A stretch of DNA of 64,000 nucleotides from Eutreptiella sp. 'Long Island Sound 2002' (lineage: Eukaryota > Protista > Euglenida): positions 167,586,001 to 167,650,000 of the forward strand of contig OZ038378.1 in the NCBI GenBank assembly GCA_964036045.1, written 5' to 3'. Below are positions 1 through 14,074 of the stretch, one piece after another. Under the pieces are notes generated by a model. That model searched no databases and was not told the DNA's origin. It was given only the letters and a program-made list of their open reading frames with translations. Position numbers and translations under genes: made by a program. Within the stretch, counting starts at the first letter, position 1; each line of letters opens with the position of its first letter.

Positions 1-560
1 GTGTGACATTCCGTCAGGTTGCTGTTTCTTTACGGGGCCCTGGACAGTCATCCGTTCTTCCCTCCACATGCTGCGTCGGGTCGCTGCGTTCTGACGGCTG
101 CTGCGGCCTGTGTTCCTGCTGGTGACGTTTTCGCGTTCGCAGAGCCCAGTAGTTGGCGTACTGGGGTTGTGCTGGTTGTTGCGGGGGTCGTTTCTCGGTC
201 TTTGCTGCCCACTCCCCTCCGCATTCTGGTCGTCCACCACCTGCCTCGCTGTGTTTCCGTGGGCATGTGGTCTGCCGGGTTGCTATTTCTTCACGGGGCC
301 CTGGACAGTCACCCTTCCTTCCGTTCGTGTGCTGCGTCGGGTCGCTGTGTTCTGACGGCCACTGCGGCCCGTGTTCCTGCTGGTGTCATTTCCGCATTCA
401 CGGAGCCCAGTAGTTGGCACACTGTTGCAGGGGTCGTTTTACGGTTTTTGCGGCCCACTCCCCTCCACAGTCAGGTCGTCCACCACATGCCTCGCCGCGT
501 TTCCGCGTGCGCGAGGCCCAAGTGTCGTCCCACCCACACATACAACCGCCTATAAACCCT
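1..560. repeat. Diverged ~261-bp tandem duplication
   Basis: acggggccctggacagtca...gctgcgtcgggtcgctg...gagcccagtagttggc occurs at ~32 and ~293; the + ORF 19-555 shows the same 87-aa block twice. Confidence 0.7.
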
Positions 561-960
561 CCACCACAGCCAGACACTCTCACATCTGCAGGGGGACCTT
601 CCTTCACGGGAGACAGAAATACTCTGGGAGTCCGATCTCAGCGGCCCCCAAAAAAAGGCCAAAACGGCAACCAACGGGCGGTGCTTGTCTTGTCTACAAC
701 GGAATTTGGCTGATGGATCGACGGCGGTGTCTCCGCCCTCTTTTCAGTGCCCCGATTATGTCTGCGGACGTGCATTGACTGCGCACGTGTTCTTCGGGTC
801 ACGGAGCCACGATCTGCGCGGAGGGACCAACCAAACACCACAAGATGTCTGAGCGCTGCTCCACGTGAAGCGGGGGGGCCGAGTGGCGTGTGTGATGTGA
901 GTCTCAGTGGTCGCAGTGGCACTAGTGCTTGTCAGGACATTGGTGATCTTGGGTGCGTAC

Positions 961-1281
961 CAGATGCGGCAGCTTCTGCAGGGCTTTGCTGTCGTACCCA
1001 ATGTTGATCTGTTGCCTGATTTTCAAAAGCTGCGTCACCGCGCGGGAACTCTCTTTGAACGGCACGGCCATGCGGCCCCGCTCCGCGTAGAACACCGCGT
1101 CTAGCAGGTGGATCGGCAGGCGCCAGCGCAGCGGCGCGAAGTCGAGATCGTGCCGCGGCCCAATGGGGAAGTTCAGCTCGGACTTGAGGGGATGGAGGAT
1201 GAGGTCCACCTCGTCCATGATCAGAATGCCTGAGTGCATCAGCTTGAGCATTGAGGCACAGTGCCCCACCTGCTGCCCAAC
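961..1281 (-). CDS. Giant gene exon E20 (VGQQVGHC...MDEVDLILHPLKSELNFPIG...LPHL), Walker-B-like DEVD
   Basis: Acceptor CTGCAG|GTT at 1281, donor CTG|GTACGC at 960; 321 nt, phase 0/0. Confidence 0.9.
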
Positions 1282-1960
1282 CTGCAGTCAAGCACAGTAA
1301 AATGTGTACGCGTGTGCACGCGTGGGTGTGTCGGCCATGGGGTGCCAGGTGTGTGTGTGCTTATGTGTGTCCACTTACGTGTGTGTCTGTGTGTTAGTGA
1401 GCATGTCTATGAATGTGCATGTGTGTGTACGGATGTGTGCTGATGCTCATGTGTGTCTCTGTGTATGTGCATGTGCATGTCTATGTGTATGTGTGCATGT
1501 AAGTGTGCTTGTGTATGTGTGTGTGCGTGTGCGAGCGCACACCCACGCCAGTGGGCGTCCCTGTCAGACGTCATGTGATGCCTGTGGTGCAGATTGTGCA
1601 GTGTGAAGAAGGGGTGGCCCTTGGCAGCCGCTCTCTGTGTGTCTCTGGCGAACAGCGGGCGGGAAGAAGTGACGGATGCAACACAGTAAAATGGAGGCCA
1701 ACATCGGGCGGGGGGAGCCCATGGGTTACTATGAAAAACCTGTGGCTATGGTGGTTCGGGACAAGTGACTTTCCCGTGGCCTGTCTGAGGCAGATGACAG
1801 AAAGGCTCCACGAACCTCTTTTCACACCCAGCAGGCAGTCCAGTCGGACATCACATGATGCCTGTGGCACAAGTCGGTGAGAACAGGGGAATCTGATGAA
1901 CGAAGGGGGGGTTTGGGTTGGGCTGGGTTGGGACAGGGCCAGCTGTTTTATTAGCATAGT

Positions 1961-2490
1961 TCCGAACTATGCAGGAACAGTGTAAAGATTTTCAGGAACT
2001 ATGTAGGAACAGTGTAAAGATTTTCAGGAACTATGTAGGAATAGTGTAAAGATTTTCAGGAACTATGTAGGAATAGTGTAAAGATTTTCAGGAACTATGT
2101 AGGAACAGTGTAAAGATTTTCAGGAACTATGTAGGAACAGTGCAACTTTTTTCAGGAACTATGTAGGAACAGTGCAACTTTTTTCAGGAACTATGTAGGA
2201 ACAGTGCAGAGTTTTCTGTACAACAACTAAAAGAAAAACAGACATGAAGAAATGTGGATCATGGCACGGACGTTGTAGACAGAAAAACACATCTTGGACC
2301 CACAGAGAACACACAGGACTTGAACTCAGGTGCAGCAGTTGCAAGACCACTGTGCAGACCACTACACCAAGACACCTTCGCTCTTTTGGCTATGTGGAGT
2401 ACCATTGATTCCCTGGTGGCAAGAAATATTTGAGGAACTACAAAGGAACAGTGTGAAGATTTTCAGGAACTATGTAGGAACAGTGCAGTC
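1961..2490. repeat. 32-bp minisatellite (agtgtaaagattttcaggaactatgtaggaaY), about 8 copies plus a detached copy near 2430-2490
   Basis: Period 32 read directly (tgtaaag at 1981, 2013, ...). Confidence 0.9.
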
Positions 2491-3427
2491 TGTATGAGGA
2501 ACTATGCTAATAAGACAGCTGGACAGGGCCTCATACAGGAGCAGGCCCCTGGGTCTGGGCGTCCTTCCCTGCCTGACCACGAGGCTGAACAACCCGACTG
2601 TCCAGTTCCAAGGCCAAGCGGACTATTGACAGCCGCCAGACTTCACCGAAGCGGTCGTGAGCAGGAGACACTGTCGTCGTGTGTGTGGGCGCGCGCGCAG
2701 GAGGTGTGGGCCACCTGTGCAGGGAACCGTTGGGCCCTGCTCCGCATGGAGGCAGTGTCGTGGCATGACGGGTCACACGGTCAAGCTGTCCTGGCCCACA
2801 CACCCGGTGGACCGCTCACCCACGTTCGTGTGGTGTGCACTTGACCTGCTGCACGTTCCTGGGAGCGTTGTCAGCCGTTTGTCCTTGTGGAGGGCACACT
2901 TGCAGGGGCCGCGCTGCTAGGGAGCAGCGGGCAGTGGAACTCCTTCTGTACTCCGCCACCCTGCTAGGCAGCGCCCATCCACTCATTTGTAGGCCAAACC
3001 CCTCTTCTATCCACAACTCTCCATCCCGACTCTTCTCATTGCTGCACTGCAGTGTAATCTCTCCAATCTTTCAATATACCCGTCGGCATGGGAGGGGGGG
3101 GCTGCAGGGGGCGGCAGGGGGGGGGGGGTGGCACTGGCATGGGCGGGGGGCGTGTGCTGGGCCGCGGTGTGGGGGCCCTGTGGGTGGGGCGGGCATGTGT
3201 GGGGAGGAGGAGGGGAGGCTGTGCCAGCCGTCCTCTCTAGGGGTCGCTGGCCAGTTCCCGGGGCCTACGTGGCCGGTACTAAGGGGGGCCGCGGGATCTT
3301 AGTGCTGAAGCATGCATACACCAGACACTGTTACTACACCACCCACCAGAGGGTGGTGCCCGGGCCCTGTCGTGGGGGGCTTCGCACCGAGCACCCAGCC
3401 CGTGGGTAGGGCTGGAGAGTACTCAGT

Positions 3428-3433
3428 GTGTAC

Positions 3434-3518
<85 letters not shown>
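3428..3518. repeat. (GT)n microsatellite
   Basis: Direct reading. Confidence 0.95.
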
Positions 3519-3519
<1 letters not shown>

Positions 3520-3745
3520 ACGCACGCGCGCTGTGTGCGCACGCGCGCCTGGATGCATGGGTGTGTGGGTGTGCTTCTGCGCTTCTGTGTGTAGGTGTGT
3601 GTGTGGGCGGGTGGGTGGATGGGTGCAGCAGATGTCAGTCAGAAGCCTCGAAACGTTGCCAAGAGGCCGAAGGCACCCCTAGTACTGATCGACGGCCAGC
3701 AATATTGAAGCCCGCGAAACCCAACAGGAGGTGTGGGTCCCACAC

Positions 3746-4147
3746 CTCCTTGTCCTTAAGCCGTGCCGGATCGTCCAGCATATCCAAGGACTCGACGAAC
3801 TTGAGCATGACACTCTTGACCGCGACGCTGCTCGCCACCACGATGCCGCCCGTGCGGATGGCGTTCTGGAGCTTGCGGACGAGACCACCGTTGGGGTCAC
3901 TACCACGGTCGAAGGTGAAGGTAAAGATGCGCTTGCGCATGATCGAGGAGAAGATCTTGCGGAGGATACTGCGCGAGAACTCCAGCAGGGCCCCAGGCAC
4001 GACTTGCATGACCAGCGCGTTGCCGTCCGCCAACATTAGAGTCAGCAGCGGCGACACTACGGTGGTCTTGCCGCCCCCCATCAACATCTGCTTCACGAGG
4101 GAGACGTCCTGATTCAAGCTCTGCCTGAACTCGCGGACCAACTTCAC
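3746..4147 (-). CDS. Giant gene exon E19 (VKLVREF...QMLMGGGKTTVVSPLL...KDKE), DUF3638 P-loop
   Basis: Acceptor TTTCAG|GTG at 4147, donor GAG|GTGTGG; 402 nt, phase 0/0; GxGKT motif. Confidence 0.92.
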
Positions 4148-5249
4148 CTGAAAAGAGTGGCGGGTCACTCCTCAAAAGGTGTCGAATGGGGGGCGACTTC
4201 AAACAGCAAAAGACCTTTCCATCCAGTACACCCAAGTGGTGGTTGAGGTGATGTCAGGGCAAACGGACGCCAACGTGGACTTCCTGTGACTGCAACCCTG
4301 TGGTACATCAGACACGGTCGGCACCGATGTCGCACCTCCAGTACGAACCCTCGACCTCGCCCTCGATGGAGGCTTTCTGGACTGCTCAGAACCTTGGGTT
4401 CTACTGTCGGTGGAGATTCCATGGTCACTCCAAACAGCTGGGCCCCAGGGTCCAGGAGTCATGTGCTGATTCTCTATTGAGATAGTCCGAACTGACGGCA
4501 GTCAGAAGGTGACTGAGGGCAGTCACAGGGGAGGTGCTGCAAATAAAAATTGGTGCCGAACTATGTTTCCCTCAGTAGTAGGGGAGAAGAGGGCGGGGGA
4601 ATAGCGCACAGTGCACAGTGCAGCATCACTGTCTGTTCGTAATGCGGCCCCTTTCAGTCATGGTATGGAGACAAACCCACTGCAGCACGAGTCTGTAGAG
4701 CGGCAACCCCCCCCCCCTCGAGGCCGGTTGGATGGTACCTGACGGCAGTTGGACAGTTAGCCACGGTGTTTGAAGCATGACAAGGGAAGGCCCTGAGGGG
4801 AGTCCAACATGTTAAGCACAAGACAGTGTGTTTCCTCAGACCGTTCTGCTTTGATCGAGGACGAGAAATATTTAAAGCGAAAACTGGCGTGACTGATTGT
4901 CAAAACAAGTATGCTGTGCTCAATTTACCGTGTTTGACGCACCCGTGAGGTCGAGTGTCCTCTCTCCCCCTCCTTCTGTGTGTGTGTGTGTGTGTGTGTG
5001 ACGCCCAATGTCATTAAAAAAGCATCATCGCGCTCGCTATCATGTTTATGCTGTTTGCTGTAACGTCGCCTCTCTAGAGCTCTGTTCGCACTGCAACAAT
5101 GTCTGGATTGATCAGAATGCGCACTCTGTGCCCTTTCCTCCAACTCAACATGACAGAAGACATGCATTGTGTGCAGTGTACGCATGTGTGCATGTTGAGG
5201 TTGGCCTTGGACACCCCTTGCCTCTCCGCTTTCTGGTGGGGCTGTAGCT

Positions 5250-6200
5250 ACTAGAGGACCCACACCATAGTGCCCCGGGAACAACCCGGGCTTTGAGAAG
5301 TGCGCCCATGCATGCGGTCTCCACACACGCACCGACTCGTGTGGCACCTGGCGAATGAGCTTGATCCCTATGCTTGGCGCAGGGACACGGTGGCTATGGC
5401 CAGTGCCCATTGCTCCAGTATTGCAGGCTCCTAGGGCTATTGGCAGACTTGGGCCGCCATCTGGCCAGCTATGCCATCGAGCCACACCATGAGGCGCTGT
5501 CTGGCCGGCCACCACTCATGGGATGGTGCGCTGCGTGTCCAAAAATGGTGACCATCTCTAGGGATGCTCTACAGAGGAGATTGTATTCTTGTCCACCAAC
5601 CGTTCCACTGTCATGGTGGGCAGGCTGTTCATGCAATGGGCCACTATGTGGCATTGCTGGTCTCGGTTGACCCAATCCAATGGTAGCCCCATCCCCAGTT
5701 TGTAGTTGCCACCCCACCGGCTATCGTAGCACCCAGCTAGTAGTGGTCTTTGTGCCTTTTTTCCAAGGTGACAAAAGAGTACAAGCACCGGAGGAGCCAA
5801 CTGAGGTCTACCTCTGAGTCATCTTTGGTGGCCAGGTCCATGATGGCATTGAGCTATGTTATCTAGTGGGATGGTGTAGTCACTTTGACAGCCACCATGG
5901 GGCGTCATGCAGGTCCTCCCAGGTGGTGTATGCCATAATTGTAATGACTTGCCGCTAGATACGTGTGGAGGGTGCCTACGGACGACTGTGAGTCCAAGAC
6001 CAGCCAATAGACACCTATCTAGGTGGAGGGTTGTCGGCGTAGGAGAGGACCCACCCCCAACGTCACCCCGGTGTGGTAGCATCCAGGGCCTCTCTCCACC
6101 ACCCCGCCATGGCCATCCTCACAATGGATACAACTACATCAATGGCCACAATTGTCCCCTGAATGGCTGCTGGGGCGGAAGGTCATGGAACCATATGCCG
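5250..6200 (-). pseudogene. Possible degenerate RNase H-region relic of a related non-LTR element
   Basis: Broken frames give WVLSYADN...RQVITIMAY...H*IT*LNAIMDLATK and LMVWLDG, resembling WAWSDC...DRVITAC...WISRENQLMDKEAK...VVWLDG of the element at 39-40 kb; many stops. Confidence 0.3.
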
Positions 6201-8783
6201 TGTTCCGTGGACACTATGGTCTTGCAGGTTTTGCAGGGTCAAATTATATCTCATTTACATTTTTTTTTAAAATACGTCAATCTATGCGCGGTTTACAAAC
6301 ATTTACATAAATCTGAACCACAAATGCAATCAGCAACTAGCTTCATTTGTTTACATGCAGCCTAATTGGGCAGCCGAGGGCAGTGTGCTCTTTGCAAGGC
6401 AAGGGGGTGCAAGGCGTGGGTGGGGCTTGCCCTTTCTAACAGGCGTGTCCACATATGTAGGTCTTAAGCTGCAGGGGTAGCCCTGACACTGTACCCAATC
6501 GTACATTTCTGAGCCATTGCACGGGCTGCTCCTCCGAGTGTATGTGACACCAACCACAAGGAGGGGGGGAGGGGATCAACCAAGGCACCAACCCACCCAA
6601 CCCAACCCAACCCGGCATCAAAGCTTGGCCCTGAAACCGGTGCCATAGGGTACCTGTTGCTCAATGTGCTGGGTCGGTACCTCCGGCAATGCTTACTCGC
6701 CCATGTGCTCCATATGGCCCCCAACTGCCCCCCAGCCTTCTCCTGGTGGAGGCACCCGCATGGAAGGGGTTGGAGGACCCCTCCCCCCTCCCTTTTGACG
6801 CGTACACCCGTTACCTCACAGCAAAGCAGGAACAGGCATGCCTGTTTACCTCCTGAAAGCCGCCACCACTAGGGTCACCCTCCCGTGGGACAGTGGGGAC
6901 AGCAATGCCTTGCTGATGGACGCCTTGAGCCCACTGAGCAAACACCATACCCTGGTGGTGCATGCCCCCAGGCCCAAATAGGCAGGCAAGGAGTGGGCAC
7001 ATGTTTGGTGCCAGGTGACGCACCAAGTCGACCCCATGTTGGTACTAGTGCTAGTGGACACCAACTTTGCAGCCAGTCCACCTTTGGCCTCTACTCCGGT
7101 GGACCTCCATGATGTGCCCCTTGGCACAATTTATTGCTATCAAGGGGATGGGAGCCGAACAGACACGGCCGTGTGTTGTATCCACTCCCCTGACCATGAC
7201 TCTACATGATACTAGCTCAGCACCAGCCTCTCAAACCACCATGTCCCGGCCTCTTGGTGCTTTTCCATGCTGTGGACAAGCCACAATGCAACGCGGTCAA
7301 TTGAACCAAGAACGCGGTCAATTGAACCAAGAACACTGCATGCGCGTGGTGGAACTATCTCCCAAGGAGCAGGTGGACTTCTAAAGGGTGGTCCATGATG
7401 GCCAGCGTTACATCAAGGCCTTTTTTCAGTGCTGCGGATACCCAACCGGAGGTGGGTGGGTGGGTGGGTGGGTGGGTTTTCGGAGTAGGATTTCCGATTA
7501 GCACCCCTTCAGGGATTGAGGCCCGTATCCCCATCTCAGGTCCTCCATTGCATGGGGACAAGATGATACCCTACCTCCGTGGGAAGGGGTGGTTTTCGGA
7601 GTGGGTGGGTGTGTCCTTGAGATTAACCCTCTGGCCCTGTGGTGTTATGCCATGAGTGCGTTGGGTTTTTTTTTTGAGGATAGTTCATAAGGACGGTGGT
7701 GCATCACATCTTGTTACAGGGTGATCTTGGCCAATTATGTAGCCATATTGATTCTCCCCACTTTGGGGACCCTGATTCATCACTGGTGCACATGTCATAA
7801 CGTACAGCTGCCCAACATGCAATGGCTGGGACAAAAAATAAATAGCATAGTGCCATAGCTCTGTACCTAAAACACAGAACCCATAGGCAGGTAACACTTG
7901 AGAAAGTCAGGGAAGCAAACCATTTAGGGCATCAGAGAGAGCCCAAGATGGGACAAGCAAGACAACTTGTCACTGTCACTTTCAACCAATTGTCCAATTG
8001 CGTAAAAAAAATTCCGTAGGGAAAATTTCGTCACCAATCTCAAAGGCGAAGTTTTTTCCCGGCGAAGTTGTCCCCTGGCGAAGTCCCCCCCCCTGTACAA
8101 CATTTGACACCCATGTTGACACCCTTTGACAACCGAAGTTGACCCCCATGTATGCCTCGGGGGTGCCTTCAGCTTTGGGCTTCCTCCCCAGCCCTGCCTG
8201 CTGCCAGGCTGGTGTGGATGGTGAGGAATACCTCCGTCAGGCAAGGGGTTCCATGTGTGTGTTTGTGTGTGTGTGTGTGTGTATGTGGGGGGGGGGGGGG
8301 GGTGCACGTGTGTGTGTGTGCATGGGTGGTCCCACCTCTCATGCGGTGGGATGCCATGTGAAAGATTCAAGGTCCCGTGTGCAGTGTGCACGTGAGTGCG
8401 CCCCCTCCGGAGGTTTTGGTCGATGACGAAATACTCTGGTGTGGTTGAAGTTGGTCTTGTGCTTATGGTTGGGATGTGGTTCAACCACAACCGCAACTAC
8501 AAGGTCGACCGCAGCAACCACAACCTTAACCCAACACAACAACACAACAAAACAACCACACCCTGGTTGTGGTTGTGGTTATGGCTGTGAGTGTGCTCTG
8601 GCTGTGGCTGTGGTCATGGTTGTAGCTGTTGTTGCGGCCAAGGTCGTGGCTGCAGTCTGGCTGCGGTTGTGGAATTGTAGCATCGGCTCTAAGCTTTGCT
8701 GGGGACTGGGAAAGAGTCGCGGGAAAACGCGACCTGACAGAAGCTGCCCGGCTCCTGCAAAGTGAGGGACAGACAAGACAAAC

Positions 8784-9037
8784 CTGATTCTTGCGCAGGA
8801 GAATGTTCCACGTGAACTCGAAAACTAAAAACCGGGGGTCGAAGCTCTTGCTGTCAACGAAGTGGCGCCTGGTGTCCAGGCTGGCGGCAAGAGCGTCTGC
8901 CTTCTGGACAAGCCCGGCCACCTTGGGCCTTGGGCCGTCCCCGTCCGCCGTGAAGGTCGTGAGCATGTCAATGAGGTCCGTGCAGAGGGCGATGGTGCGG
9001 TTGGTGTGGCCGACGCGGTTGGCCTTCAGCAGCAGCC
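8784..9037 (-). CDS. Giant gene exon E18 (LLLKANRVGH...FDPRFLVFEFTWNILLRKNQ)
   Basis: Acceptor ACGTAG|GG at 9037 (phase 1), donor CAG|GTTTGT; 254 nt. Confidence 0.9.
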
Positions 9038-9299
9038 CTACGTCGGGATGAGGCGCAGTACACAGGGCAGTGGGGTGCATTGATGCCCGGGGCATAAAAC
9101 TGTTGCAGTCCGTACCCCGTCGCCGAGGATCATCAGACCACAAAACTAGACGGACCGCGTCCACCGGGATGTCGCGCGGCACTAAATCGGGACCCGTGCC
9201 AACGTACCACAGCCACGGCCCATTGGGTACCTGTGAGACCTGCCAGCGCCATTGTTCATAGGTCCAGGAGAACGGAGCTGTGCCGTGGCTCCGTGGTGT

Positions 9300-9500
9300 C
9301 ACCGTCAATCTCTACCGTCATTCCGTACCATCGCTTTGCACCGTCACTCTATACCATCACTCTGTACCATTACTCTATGTCACATGCTCTACCATCACTC
9401 TATACCGTTACTCTACACCGTCACTCTACACCATCACTCAACAACAGCACTCTCTACCGTTATTCTAAACCATCACTCTGTACCGTCAGTCTACAACGCC
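9300..9500. repeat. Degenerate 14-bp tandem repeat (tcactctRtaccRt-like)
   Basis: Direct reading. Confidence 0.7.
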
Positions 9501-10408
9501 ATTCTATAGCGTTCCTACCGACACTCCAAATGGACCACAGAGTCCGCCAATTGGAGGCTTTTCTGAAAACAAAAAAAAAGCCCACCCACACCGGCGGATT
9601 GTGTCGAGCCCAAGCCACAGTAAAGCCAAGGTGCTGACCACGTGGCAACACGAGGTCATTGCCCCAAACCACTTTGGGGAACATCCTCCGAGTTGTTTCT
9701 CCGGCAAATCTGGTTCCTAGATTCCATCCCGCCGCTTCGACTCGGCCATCGCTTACCGCCTGATCCGTGGCAGGCCTCGTCGGCCGCCTCCTCTCGCACT
9801 TCGGGATAGGCATCGGCGCCGTGCCCCGTCAACAACACCGCGAGCCCTTGTGCTCCTGCCTTCCGGCTCAGATAAGAATGAGGTTGACCGTATCAGCGGC
9901 CCCTGAAGGGCCAAAGTTGTGTGTACACAGGGCCGTAGCTCAAAAAAAACCTAAAATCGGGTTTGTCCCATCACATTTTGGGATGGCAACCGCCAGCAGG
10001 TGGTCATCAACCAACTTAACCGCCAAACGTCCGGCGGTAAACCATCCACTGCCGGCAGCCAACCGCCAACCGCGTGGCTAGAATTTCCTGTCGAACCAGA
10101 AAAAGGAGAAAACAAGTTTTGTTCCTTCTGGAAACACACTGTGGAGCAGGCAAAGGGAAGGTGCCAGAGGGCGGGAAGGGGGGTCTGAGACCCAAGCCTT
10201 GTGGACCAACAATCGCCCAAAATTGTGTCAAAAAAGAGCGCAAATGCTTGTTCATGGCATAAAACTTGAATTTTTCTCCTGAGGATTCCGCTGGAGGGGG
10301 GATCCCACTGCCCTGTGGGCTGCAGGCCCCGGTGTGACGCTGCACTGTGGCCAATGATGCTCAAAATGAATCCAATGAAAGATGGTTTTAATGCATTTGC
10401 AAGCGCAC

Positions 10409-10548
10409 CTGTGATAAGCCGCATGCCCACACTGAAGCAGTCCTGGCTCACGAAGGGGTTCAGGCGCTTCCAGTCGGCGTGTGCCTGGCTGGACAGCAGT
10501 GACGAGATCAACACCTCCAATTCAATAGCGGCTTCGTGTTCACTGTAT
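10409..10548 (-). CDS. Giant gene exon E17 (YSEHEAAIELEVL...LNPFVSQDCFSVGMRLIT)
   Basis: Acceptor CCACAG|A (phase 2), donor G|GTGCGC (phase 1); both phases match the neighbouring exons. Confidence 0.85.
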
Positions 10549-11464
10549 CTGTGGAGGTGACGGAGGCCAGTTTTGAAACTAGGCTTCCCGTGTCCCCCTG
10601 AATGAAGCCATCCTCGCACACACCCACACACCACACACACACCTCTGTTGAGAATCGCGAAACAAGAACAAAGCAAGAAAAGCGGTGGAAACAAAACTCC
10701 TCAGAAACTGCAGAGCTGTCCTAGACGTCTTTCGGACTGTTGGTAGAGAATGAGCAATGAGCAAATGCAGTTCTGGACAGTGGGTTGTCTCCACCTCCTC
10801 CTGCGTTCAGTTCTGCACCGCGCAACAGACCACAAAAAACCGCGGAGGAGCTCGTGAACTACCTACTACACACACACACACACACACACGATGGGAACGG
10901 CAGACAAAAACTGCAAACGGAGCAGCAAGGCGGTGACAGGGCGGGAAGAAAATTGCTCTGCGGGGGGGGGGGGGGGGTGACACGGAGGCCCATTTTCCCA
11001 ACCCCCCCCTCCTTGGCCGCCGTGACGGGAAGGGGGGTTCAGGGCGGGGGTGCCCGACCTGCCGTGCCCGGGGGGGGGGGGGGTCAACCCAACATCTATG
11101 GCTCAAAATGATACCCACGTCGCGCTGATCATTTTGACTACTCAAATGTGGGGGGGGGGGGGATTGTTGGTGGAAAAAACCCCCAACCCCCCTCGTTCGG
11201 CGGGCGTCCATGTCACCCCCCCCCGCAGAGCAATTTTCAGGTCGCCCATGAAAAACTCCTCAGTAGCTGCAGAGCAGCCCTAGCCGTCTTTTCTTCTGCA
11301 TGGAGGAGAGCAGCAAGTGGAAGCCGTCCAGCAGGCCGCAGGGGCCTACAGAGAAGATGGACTTTCCTACCGCCCCCCACAGTGCTGCCCCCCTCCCCCC
11401 CCGCACGTAAAGCAAATTACCTACAGGAGCACTGTGAAAAAATCAATCAGTATTGGGTGCCTCC

Positions 11465-11491
11465 ACCCAATGCACACACATACAGACACAA

Positions 11492-11572
<81 letters not shown>

Positions 11573-11595
11573 AACACACACACACGCACACACGT
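11465..11595. repeat. Interrupted (AC)n microsatellite
   Basis: Direct reading. Confidence 0.9.
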
Positions 11596-13511
11596 AGATG
11601 ACGCAAAGCGACCAACCACACATACACACATAAATGCAATGCCCCCAAAACCCGAGAGGGCAGCAACAAATATTGTTTGGTACTTTGGTCAGAACCAATG
11701 CTCCTCAACAAAAAGTTAAAGGAGCATAGGTGCCTTTTTGTTTGTGCATGAAGGAGGTAGTGTATAATTCATGTAGCACGCCATGAATCCACCACGCATC
11801 ACCCACGTTTCAGTGCACTGGTCTGAAAATGGGCTTTACAGAAACTTTCCCAAAGAGCACTACGTCCCTCCTACTCTTAAGGTCGGGCCACGTCTCCCAA
11901 CGACCACTGTATTGTTTCCGGACAGTGTTCCAAACCATGTTTAATGGGCAAGGGCTAGAAAACAAAGACATGCAAATAATAAGACAAACACACACAGAGG
12001 GAGCCCCGCACCACTGGGGCATCCTCTATCAGGTCGGCAGCAACCAAACATAAGTAGCCCGGTCCCTGCACGTATCCCAATGAGGTCCTGCGTGGGTGAC
12101 ATGCCAAGATGCAATGCCCCTCGTGTCACTGCTGGCCACAAGACCCAGCAACCGACACCATACTTTTGTAGTCGTTTGAATCACACTGAGGGGCTAGAGG
12201 AGGATGACATACTTGATCCACTGTCTAACACACTGAATGTCAGGGGGCATGACGCACACGCCGCCTAGGTGCCAGCTTATGCGCCCTAACCACCCCCTGG
12301 CTTGCCTTAGCCAGTGAGTACCGCCACCTGCCCCCAAATGGTACAACACAGCAAAATGGGAACAATGAGGTGCAGACCGCGACCACCTGACACGAAACCC
12401 CAGTGAACAAGGTTGCCAAATAAGATGGGGCACAGGTGCCTAGGGAACATAACGGAGCCCCCGTCCAAGGCCCCATCAGATAGTCAATGAAGCAGGGAGG
12501 GGATAGGGAATACTCCAATCCTTGGCCAGCGAGACCTTGTTGGGACACCAGCCCCAATGCACTGTTTGTGAACTCAGATACTTGCCAGTGCAACACTCCC
12601 CAGTGTGGACAACACAGTCGCAGACAACTGACAGATGCCAAGCTGCTGATAAAACGTCACAGACCGTTTGCATGGAATAGCGTACGCGAACAAGTCCTGT
12701 GGAACCAATCATGATGTTGTCTCTGTCCTAAAGGTGCCAAAACAGGACCCCCGGGGCATTCCACACAACACGTTAGTGCACCACCATGAGACATTTCCAA
12801 CACACCAACCCATCGCACTGCCAACACCGCATGCTTCAGCCCCCCAAACACACCTGATACCCGCAGACTGTACACTGAATCTCTCCCCCATGGAAATGCA
12901 CCCTGTTCACCTCCATATGCGTCCCACCACAGCACAGTAATTATTCTCTGTGAGGCCCTGCCGCAAACACACACACGCGCGTGTGCACACATGATTTACG
13001 ATGTACACACACACACACACTTACACTTACACTTCATAAATCCCCTCCGCTTTCATGACACGCCCCTTCCCCCCCCTAACCGAGGGTGACATTGCACACA
13101 TTCCTGCATTCCGCGTTCCTAAATGAGCTTATAAACACGACAACTGCAGTGAAATTCAAGAACACATTGCTGACATTTTCAGATCTAAACCAACGCCAGT
13201 TCACTTGCATTGCTCTGAAAGTATGCACTGATCGAAATGAGTCACCATTTGGTGGTAGTACCAGGAGTACTTTCGTGCTGCAGCAGTCGACTTTTCAACA
13301 GTGGCCAGGAGTATGCCACAGAGATGCACTGATCAGAGGCACCTTGGGACCATATCTGGGCAGAGGGGTGTAGGATGTACTTTTTTGCACATGTGCCAAT
13401 TCAGATGCCCGTTTTGCTGCAGCACAGAAGCCTGGTGGACCACTGGTGCCCCTGTGTGCATTTCATGCAGCTGCTCGTCCAAAATGCCCTGACCTTCCTG
13501 TGCGCCGTCAC

Positions 13512-14074
13512 CTGCGAAGGTAGAACATCAATTTGTGCACGTCGCCCTCGTCTTCGGCGTCTGCAGGATTGATTTGCATCGGCAGTCGGATGAAGTTCGC
13601 AACGTGCTGCGTGATGGGGATCGCCAGTGTGACGTACTCCTCGTCCTCGGCGCGCAGCCGCATCAGCGCCTGTTTGATGCCCGTCAACTTCTGCACGGTG
13701 CCGTTGATGGCAGCCCTGTCCGGCGTCTCGCCGCACATCCGGTAGAAGTCCGCGTCCAAAAGGCCCTTGAGCTTGGGCTTCAGCGCACCGTTCTCGCCTT
13801 CCGCAAAATGCTGCGCATCGTCCCGCAGGCGCCGCTGCATCTCCTTCGCGACCGCGGACTGGGCGTCGCGGTGCGCCGCCACGTCGAACTGCAGCTTCTC
13901 CGAGACCGGGGGCAGCCCCAGGGCCTCGTTGGTCAGCAGCGTCAGGATCTCGTCCAACGGCAGCGACGCCGAAAACGGGTTGGCCACGAGCGCCTGCAGC
14001 TCCGCGTCACACAACGCCATCTTGTCTGCCAGCGCCGGTTCGCACAGCGGAAGCAGCTCTTCTCGAGTCAGCCC
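13512..14074 (-). CDS. Giant gene exon E16 (GLTREELL...LVANPFSASLPL...MFYLR)
   Basis: Acceptor GATTAG|GGG, donor AG|GTGACG (phase 2); overlaps ORF 13508-14020. Confidence 0.85.

Noticed and set aside
4199-4462. SDVPQG resembling the RT GVPQG motif
   Set aside because: No flanking RT motifs in any frame.
7685-7897. TSDESG resembling a Tc1 DDE motif
   Set aside because: Too short; no supporting transposase sequence.
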